From positions 24,793 through 88,792 of IMG/VR virus record IMGVR_UViG_3300012940_000022: 64,000 nucleotides of DNA. One strand, 5' to 3'. This document shows positions 59,301 to 64,000 of the stretch, in pieces. Position 1 is the first letter of the stretch, and each line of letters starts with the position of its first letter. The stretch is from a virus. The notes under the pieces were generated by a model. The model did not search any database. It was not told the DNA's origin and saw only the letters and a program-made list of their open reading frames with translations. Both the position numbers and the translations under genes were made by a program.

Positions 59301-59766
59301 GCCGACAACCGCTTCGGAGCGCATGCACGCGGACTACGAGGTGCTTGGTCTCTCGGTGCGCTATCACCCAATCAGCTTGCTCCGTCACCGGCTCCCTGAT
59401 CATCTCGTTACAGCGCGGACATTGCTCGATCTCCCCGACGGCGCCCGCATCCAGATCGGCGGCATGGTGGTGGTCCGGCAACGGCCCGAAACCGCCAAAG
59501 GCGTCACCTTCCTTTTATTGGAAGATGAAACGGGCCTGAGCAACGCGATCATCTACCCTGCTCTTTACCAGGCTGAGCGATCACTGGTGCGCGGCGAGCC
59601 GATGCTGATGATTACCGGCCGGGTGCAGCGGCAGGCGGATACCATCAACGTCGTGGCGGAGCGGATCGAGCCATTGGCAAGCCATCTGAAACCTGATCCG
59701 TCCGGCAATCGCCTTTCGCTCAAGCCGGTCGAGGAGGTTTCACCAAAGGCGCACAGCTACCGATGA
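56389..59766 (+). CDS. dnaE2: Error-prone DNA polymerase III alpha (DnaE2/ImuC)
   Basis: YVELHLHTSYSFLDGAS, GRGS, PDIDLD, QWDKD, VRQRPETAKG, C-terminal HSYR. Confidence 0.95.
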   Translation: MTKGGYVELHLHTSYSFLDGASQPEELVLRARELGLPALAITDHDGLYGALEFARMCQAAGIQPITGAEITLIDGTHLTLLAETQEGYRNLCRLLTEAHHTVRAGAEPVWGDDEPPIWHTLPLDNGRWRHHYREPETAPWLDPALLPRYARGLIVLTGCRNSQLSRLVDAHRMRDAAALLEQYIAWFGRENVFVELQQNWVFGDRPRVQQLVRLAKAAGVGYVATGDVHYHRRDRHRLQDVLVAIRHRTTLDGSHRQRRPNAEFHLASADEMRLRFADYPEAIDATLEIARRCASFDLNTDLGYVFPDYPGLAEGETPDDALRRLCTAAFSTRYPAGSPRFQEATERLEEELRLIRQHKLAGFFLIHYDLLELAREVAVEIRGAATYRARALLPPGRGRGSSVSSIVCYLIGLSPVDPLEHGLKIGRFLNDGSSSVPDIDLDFPRDIRERLLERIHADYGNRAAMVCAFATYKLKSAVRDIGKALGIPISDLDHIAKGAEPHSATELGRELERIPTYAQRKTEPPWCYLVELAEQLAGHPRHITQHSGGMIVSSGPITGIVPVQPAAMEGRFLCQWDKDSCDDARFVKIDFLALGMLSAVEECMDLIGRSGAPVPDLSRIDYADEAIFEMIRAGDTLGTFQIESRAQIQTTLRTAPATLADIVVQVAIVRPGPVVGGATTPYIQRRRDPDWQPTYDHPLLEPVLRDTLGVVVFQDQVLEVAQALAGFTAGQADSLRRAMTRKRSNEAIEAHRQDFYRGADAKGVDRQTAELVFEKLRGFAQYGFPRGHAASFGVLAYQSCYLKRYYPAEFLCALLNNQPMGFYPTHVLAHEAQRRSIVLLQPSINTSEVRSSVPGKGMVRIGLGQVKGLSDEQAEQIVREREAHGRYQSLGDFVHRVVLPRELTQRMIQVGAFDEFGLSRRECAWQLGLYIEPRRFGTEKGTTNRRRKKDRIAGMQQPLPLPVEQDMVHLPPTTASERMHADYEVLGLSVRYHPISLLRHRLPDHLVTARTLLDLPDGARIQIGGMVVVRQRPETAKGVTFLLLEDETGLSNAIIYPALYQAERSLVRGEPMLMITGRVQRQADTINVVAERIEPLASHLKPDPSGNRLSLKPVEEVSPKAHSYR

Positions 59767-59910
59767 TGGCAGCATTCACCGGCGAACGTTCTGCGGCCAA
59801 TCACCAACTATCCACTGAGTTATCAACATAACGGGATAACTTCGGCGGAACGCGAACGAAGTACACTGTGAGCGTTCCACCGGTCCTACCCGGTGAGGAT
59901 TCCACGGCGA

Positions 59911-60144
59911 CTAGTCTTCGGACTGGTCGCCGCTTCCATTTTCCGCCGACATCAATTCAATCGGCTTCACGTCAAGGGCATTGGCAAGGCGTCGAATCGT
60001 GCTCAGCCGCACCGACTTACCTCGCTCCGCGTCGCTGATCGTCGCCTGACGAACGCCCGCGCGCTCAGCCAGATCCGCCTGCGACAACGCCTGTACCTGA
60101 CGGTGATACTTCAACTTCTCCGGATCCAAATGCATTTCGCTCAT
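59911..60144 (-). CDS. XRE-family HTH regulator
   Basis: LSQADLAERAGVRQATISDAERG...LANALDV. Confidence 0.9.
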   Translation of the reverse strand: MSEMHLDPEKLKYHRQVQALSQADLAERAGVRQATISDAERGKSVRLSTIRRLANALDVKPIELMSAENGSGDQSED

Positions 60145-60148
60145 ATCA

Positions 60149-60211
60149 ATACGTATCGTAGTCCACTTCGCACCGATTGACAAACGTATTATAAACGTAT
60201 AATATACGTAT
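60149..60211. promoter_or_regulatory. Back-to-back promoters with phased ACGTAT operators
   Basis: + TTGACA(60177)-17-TAATAT; minus TTGTCA-17-TACGAT; ACGTAT at 60151, 60184, 60195, 60206. Confidence 0.8.
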
Positions 60212-60287
60212 GTGAGAAATGGAATCCTCACCAGGGATCAGCGCCTAAGGGAGTAGGAACCCGGCGGCACGCAGGACGGAGAACACG

Positions 60288-60896
60288 ATGCAGACCGCGA
60301 CCTACCACAATCCATTTCGCCAGCAGCTGATCGAAATGGGCAAGGCGATCGAAGAAGCTAAGCGGGATCATGCCCAGGCCGAGCTTGGCGTCTTCGCGAT
60401 CGCCCGTGGAGAGCGCATGACGGCGGATGCGAAAGACGCGGCGTACCGAACGCTGAAGCTCTGCCAGGATCGACTCCGCGCCGCCATCGGGCAGTACGAC
60501 GAGACATTCGAGCAATTCCTCGAGTGGGTCACCCCGATCGTAGTCGATGAAGAGGCCGCGATCGCTGACGCCGGCGCCGATGCGGTCGCGACCGCTGAAA
60601 AGATCATCGCTGCGGCTCGCATGGTCAGCGAACGCAATGCCATCGCCGATCGCGCCGTGACGGTCTGGATGTACGACAAAAACCCCGATCTGCCCCACTG
60701 CTGGAACGGCGAGCGCATGACCGCTGCGACCGCCGCTCGGGCTATCGCCGAGCGGAGCGCCGCCGGGAAACCACGCGTGACTCGGACGTGGGAGGGATAC
60801 ACGTCATTCGCCTTCGCCGGCGGTAGCCGGGTTGTCGTCAAGGGCGCCACTGCCGACGAACTCCGCGATGCCTACCTGGCCGCGGTTGCCGCTTAG
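60288..60896 (+). CDS. Early hypothetical protein
   Basis: GGAG RBS; first gene downstream of switch promoter. Confidence 0.75.
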   Translation: MQTATYHNPFRQQLIEMGKAIEEAKRDHAQAELGVFAIARGERMTADAKDAAYRTLKLCQDRLRAAIGQYDETFEQFLEWVTPIVVDEEAAIADAGADAVATAEKIIAAARMVSERNAIADRAVTVWMYDKNPDLPHCWNGERMTAATAARAIAERSAAGKPRVTRTWEGYTSFAFAGGSRVVVKGATADELRDAYLAAVAA

Positions 60897-60924
60897 TCCG
60901 ACTTTCCCCGAAAGGAGTACCGCT

Positions 60925-62214
60925 ATGGATTGCATTGCCCAGACATCGATCGCGCGCGTCAGCATCAGCTCCCGCAATCGCGATCGCCAAACTGAACTCG
61001 TGATTGCGGACTATCCCGCCCTCATGGAGCGCGCCCAGCGTCTCTGCGTCTACGTCGCGCTGCCGGTGGCCTTGGAGGCGCCGGCGGCGGAAATGGCATT
61101 CGCCAGCTATCACGTTCACTGCAGCGACGGGCTGAGCGTGGTCGGCTACGACGCCGATGCGCAGCTCTCGGGCGACGATCTCGAGACCTGGCTCGCGGCC
61201 ATTGCTGACGATGTGCGCGCACTGGTGGGAGACGATACTCCCACCGATCCTGATCCAGAGAACGGCATGTCGTACATCGAGGTCGACATGAGTCCCGATA
61301 CGCCGATCGAGGACGTCCTTGCCTACATCCGGGAGCATGCGATTGGTGGCGGTAGTCAGCAGTTTGATGTGGGCATGCAGCGCGGGCCGGCGCTTATCGA
61401 AGTGCGACGATCCGCGGAGGCCAGTCTCCTCTATCGCCGATGGCTGCAAAGTCTCGATCCCCGATACCCCGAACAATGGGGCTCCGAAATGCTCGAACAG
61501 GCCTATGAGTTGCGCCAGGCCATCATCGATCATGCGGCGGCGAATCCACTTGACTGGTCGCGTGACTGGATCGAACGCAACATCATCCATGAACGCGATG
61601 CGCTGGCGGCGCTGATTGCTCTCCCCGTCACCGGCGGTTCCCAGAACGCCAGCGGGGCGGCGAGGGAACGGCGCATCAGCGCGGCGCAGGCCATGGTCGC
61701 GCAGGCAGAACATCGCGTGGCGGCCGTTGAGCGCAACTCCTCGCTCAAGACCAACCACTTTCGCGACTGGTCCGCAGCGCTCAATGATGCGTCGCAAGCC
61801 CGCAATTCCGCTCGATTCCTCAAGAGTGCCTGCACGCTCACCGATAGCCCGTTAGCGTGTGGTTTCGCCGAGGAGCACCAACTCGTCGAAGCCGTGCAGG
61901 AGCTCGAAGCGGTTTGCGTCGAGCTCCCATTGCCAATCTCGGAATACCTTCTCGAACTCGGCGTGCTTCAAGCGCTCCCGCGAAGTCGTCGTCACAAGCG
62001 CTTCCGCGTCACCTGGACCTACGCCGGCGAGTCGCACGATATCGGGTTTGTCACCATCTCCGAAGCACGGGCATATGCGCGCAATATCACCGCCTGCTGG
62101 GTCACGGATTACGCGAGCATCCAGGACCAGCCACGCGGTATAACGCCGATGCTCGTTGATACCTACCATGCTGGACGGCCACTCACTCGCAGCGAAACGG
62201 CAGCATGGTCATGA
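60925..62214 (+). CDS. Composite early hypothetical protein
   Basis: AAGGAG RBS, ATG 60925. Confidence 0.7.
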   Translation: MDCIAQTSIARVSISSRNRDRQTELVIADYPALMERAQRLCVYVALPVALEAPAAEMAFASYHVHCSDGLSVVGYDADAQLSGDDLETWLAAIADDVRALVGDDTPTDPDPENGMSYIEVDMSPDTPIEDVLAYIREHAIGGGSQQFDVGMQRGPALIEVRRSAEASLLYRRWLQSLDPRYPEQWGSEMLEQAYELRQAIIDHAAANPLDWSRDWIERNIIHERDALAALIALPVTGGSQNASGAARERRISAAQAMVAQAEHRVAAVERNSSLKTNHFRDWSAALNDASQARNSARFLKSACTLTDSPLACGFAEEHQLVEAVQELEAVCVELPLPISEYLLELGVLQALPRSRRHKRFRVTWTYAGESHDIGFVTISEARAYARNITACWVTDYASIQDQPRGITPMLVDTYHAGRPLTRSETAAWS

Positions 62215-62483
62215 ACCCTTCAGACACTCCCGACTCGATCCTCGCCCGTTTCGCTACAGAATTTAGGAACCCGGCTGGTCAAGAACTGAGAATCACGTTT
62301 GCGGACGGAGCGACTCGAGACGGATCAGTCAGAGGTGGTCCGAATAACTTCGTCATTGTTCATGGCAAACACGCTGAATCAACTACATATCTCCATACCT
62401 GGGACATCACCCGCATCGACTACAGCAACGCCCGCTACCGGGGTGCCGAGCCGCTCTATGAACGGAAGTCCGCCAATGTTTGA
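62211..62483 (+). CDS. Hypothetical protein (Sm-like beta pattern)
   Basis: ATGA overlap; LRITFADGATRDGSV. Confidence 0.6.
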   Translation: MNPSDTPDSILARFATEFRNPAGQELRITFADGATRDGSVRGGPNNFVIVHGKHAESTTYLHTWDITRIDYSNARYRGAEPLYERKSANV

Positions 62484-62757
62484 CCTCTGGACCATGCGAG
62501 ACGGCCGCACCATCCGCGTTGACGATATGACTCATGATCACCTGCGCAACACGATCGCGATGCTCCGGCGCCGACTCGCTGAAATGGATGCGAGTGACAC
62601 ATTAGGGTTTCCGCCGAACGCGCCGTCGTGGGTGATCGATGACTACTTCGCCGGCAAAGACACCATCGAAGGATGGATCGCGCGTCTAGAGGCTGCCCTT
62701 TCTCCCGATCCTGTTTGGGTCAGCCGTGACGACGAGCCGGGCAGAGGCGAGCCATGA
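62476..62757 (+). CDS. Phage hypothetical protein
   Basis: WTMRDGRTIRVDDMTHDHLRNTIAML, a recurrent phage motif. Confidence 0.75.
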   Translation: MFDLWTMRDGRTIRVDDMTHDHLRNTIAMLRRRLAEMDASDTLGFPPNAPSWVIDDYFAGKDTIEGWIARLEAALSPDPVWVSRDDEPGRGEP

Positions 62758-62929
62758 TCACCCGATAGATCATCTTCCGTGATGGCCGCCGAATCTACGC
62801 AACGACTTCGAAACCGCGCTTCGATGTGCAGCTCGCCGACGAACTCGCGCGTGGAGGGGCGATCGATTGGACGACGGAGCTCGTGCCGAGACTACGGCCC
62901 ACTATCTGATATCGCGCTAAACTCATGGT

Positions 62930-63001
62930 CGCGGGATGGAGCAGCGGCAGCTCGTTGGGCTCATAACCCAAAGGTCGATGGTTCGAATCCATCTCCCGCC
63001 A
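62930..63001 (+). tRNA. tRNA-fMet (CAT)
   Basis: Cloverleaf; CAT 62962-62964; three G-C pairs in anticodon stem; C1:C72 mismatch; TTCGAATCC; CCA not encoded. Confidence 0.92.
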
Positions 63002-63078
63002 CCCTCGAAGATAGCCCGCCCAATTGAATTGAACTGGCACTCACTTCAACAGTGTTCCAGCTGTTGAAGCCGAGTTCA

Positions 63079-63510
63079 CTATGCCGCCGTCACCACCTCG
63101 ACGCGCCGCTCCATCTTTGCCCGGCATTCGGCATGCATCAGCTGCCGGCCACTCCGCGTGCAAAACTGCTCTCCGCATTCGAGACAAACCGGGAAGTAGA
63201 CCGGGCACGAATTACGCGGCACGCGGCGTTTCCAGTCGCAGAGATCACAGGCAACCCGGGCGACATGCCGGGACACGAAGCGCGCACCGCAATCCGAGCA
63301 GGTGCGCCAATGCAGCTTTGTTGACGCGAGACCTTGCACTTTTGCACGGTACCGCTGGACGGTGAAGAAATCCGCGCCGATCCGGCCGGCCAGCTCCGCG
63401 GACGATTCATCGGCGCCAGCGTGTACGATCGCGGCTCGCTGCGCGTCGGTCAATGTGCCCATTCGCGGCAATTCACCCGTCTCGAGATACGTCGCCAATT
63501 GTGCCTGCAT
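63079..63510 (-). CDS. HTH + double Zn-finger protein (paralog C)
   Basis: GAGGAG RBS; LTDAQRAAIV..LAGRIGADFFTV; WRTCSDCG; CLECG..HAEC. Confidence 0.78.
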   Translation of the reverse strand: MQAQLATYLETGELPRMGTLTDAQRAAIVHAGADESSAELAGRIGADFFTVQRYRAKVQGLASTKLHWRTCSDCGARFVSRHVARVACDLCDWKRRVPRNSCPVYFPVCLECGEQFCTRSGRQLMHAECRAKMERRVEVVTAA

Positions 63511-63543
63511 CGTACGCTCCTCGTGCGTTCTCACCTCGATCAC

Positions 63544-63572
63544 AGAATAGAACAAGAGTTCTGAATTGTGAA
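63544..63572 (-). promoter_or_regulatory. Promoter with LexA box in spacer
   Basis: TTCACA-17-TATTCT on minus; AGAAC-AAGA-GTTCT 63549-63562. Confidence 0.75.
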
Positions 63573-63632
63573 GAGGATGAGACGCATAGGAGCGCACGAC
63601 GCGGCAATGAACGCGGGCACGAGTTGGACACG

Positions 63633-63655
63633 CGATAGGATACGATAGGATACGA
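63633..63655. repeat. 10-bp tandem repeat (CGATAGGATA x2.3)
   Basis: Seen directly in intergenic region. Confidence 0.7.
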
Positions 63656-63808
63656 GCGGCTACGCTTTTATCAGGATGAATGCGCGCAGATACGCTCCGC
63701 TACGCTCTCATAGGTCGCCTCTGATAAACTCTCGTTAATCACTCCTAGCCGCTTTCCCCGCCGCGCCGGAATACCCGCCCGGGAACCGCTGGGGAGGAAC
63801 GAAACATC

Positions 63809-64000
63809 ATGAAGAACCGATTGTATTACCGCAAAGAAAAACTTCGTGGCGCCTGCTGGGAATATGAGATTGACGGCGGTTGGCTGACGCTGCCCTCCGG
63901 ACGATCCGACCGCCAGGTGCTGCATCACACCTTTACGTTCTACCGGCCGCGCAGTGTCGAAGTACGCACCGAAGCGGGCGTACAAACGCTGGAGCGCACC
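63809..64000 (+). CDS. Hypothetical protein (partial, runs off window)
   Basis: GGAGG RBS; MKNRLYYRKEKLRG... open to end. Confidence 0.65.
   Translation, partial: MKNRLYYRKEKLRGACWEYEIDGGWLTLPSGRSDRQVLHHTFTFYRPRSVEVRTEAGVQTLERT

Larger units (their letters stand above)
1..64000. mobile_element. Large siphovirus-like (pro)phage region with many cargo genes; boundaries not within window
   Basis: Ordered terS-terL-portal-protease-MCP-neck-tail tube-chaperone-TMP-tail tip-lysis genes on +; phage-type small ORFs at both ends; no housekeeping genes. Confidence 0.93.

Noticed and set aside
59780-59880. GAAC/GTTC-like words after dnaE2 as SOS boxes
   Set aside because: Spacing is 0 or 3 rather than 4, and the site is between convergent gene ends
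40989-60896. Similar segments as a DGR template/variable repeat pair
   Set aside because: Differences are mainly third-codon and not adenine-specific; no reverse transcriptase in window
62930-63001. tRNA as prophage attachment site
   Set aside because: No integrase and no repeat of the tRNA 3' end noticed in the window; phage-like genes continue on both sides
1-64000. Gene transfer agent interpretation
   Set aside because: Long TMP, early genes, XRE switch and large cargo fit a temperate phage better; cannot be fully excluded without packaged-DNA data

Overview
The window reads as one large siphovirus-type (pro)phage region. The host is probably Chloroflexota/Thermomicrobiales, inferred from 'QEATP(G)ASPAA'-type secreted proteins and GAAC-N4-GTTC LexA boxes. 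It carries a complete morphogenesis set: ParB-like, TerS, TerL, portal, prohead protease, decoration protein, MCP, neck and tail completion proteins, major tail protein, frameshifted tail chaperone, a 1655-aa tape measure protein, tail tip proteins, endolysin and holins. These genes are broken up by cargo blocks of about 0.8-7 kb. To the right lie accessory and early genes, a LexA-boxed dnaE2 operon, an XRE switch and an initiator tRNA. No integrase, att site, CRISPR array or reverse transcriptase was seen. Signals not explained by standard annotation: (1) a 17-bp pseudo-palindrome (AAAAGTG-N3-CACTTTT) with a phased -10 in front of seven structural/lysis blocks, apparently restarting late transcription after cargo insertions; (2) two homologous promoter-leader-terminator cassettes gating the packaging and lysis operons; (3) a LexA-controlled 77-aa protein ending in an SSB-like tail (DDLSDIPF) in front of dnaE2, with no imuA/imuB in the window; (4) a three-gene family of HTH-Zn-finger-Myb-like proteins; (5) a three-gene candidate ADP-ribosyltransferase toxin/defence module; (6) two-component parts encoded as separate genes, next to a portal with an N-terminal HTH. 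All family calls are from motif recognition by eye, not database searches.
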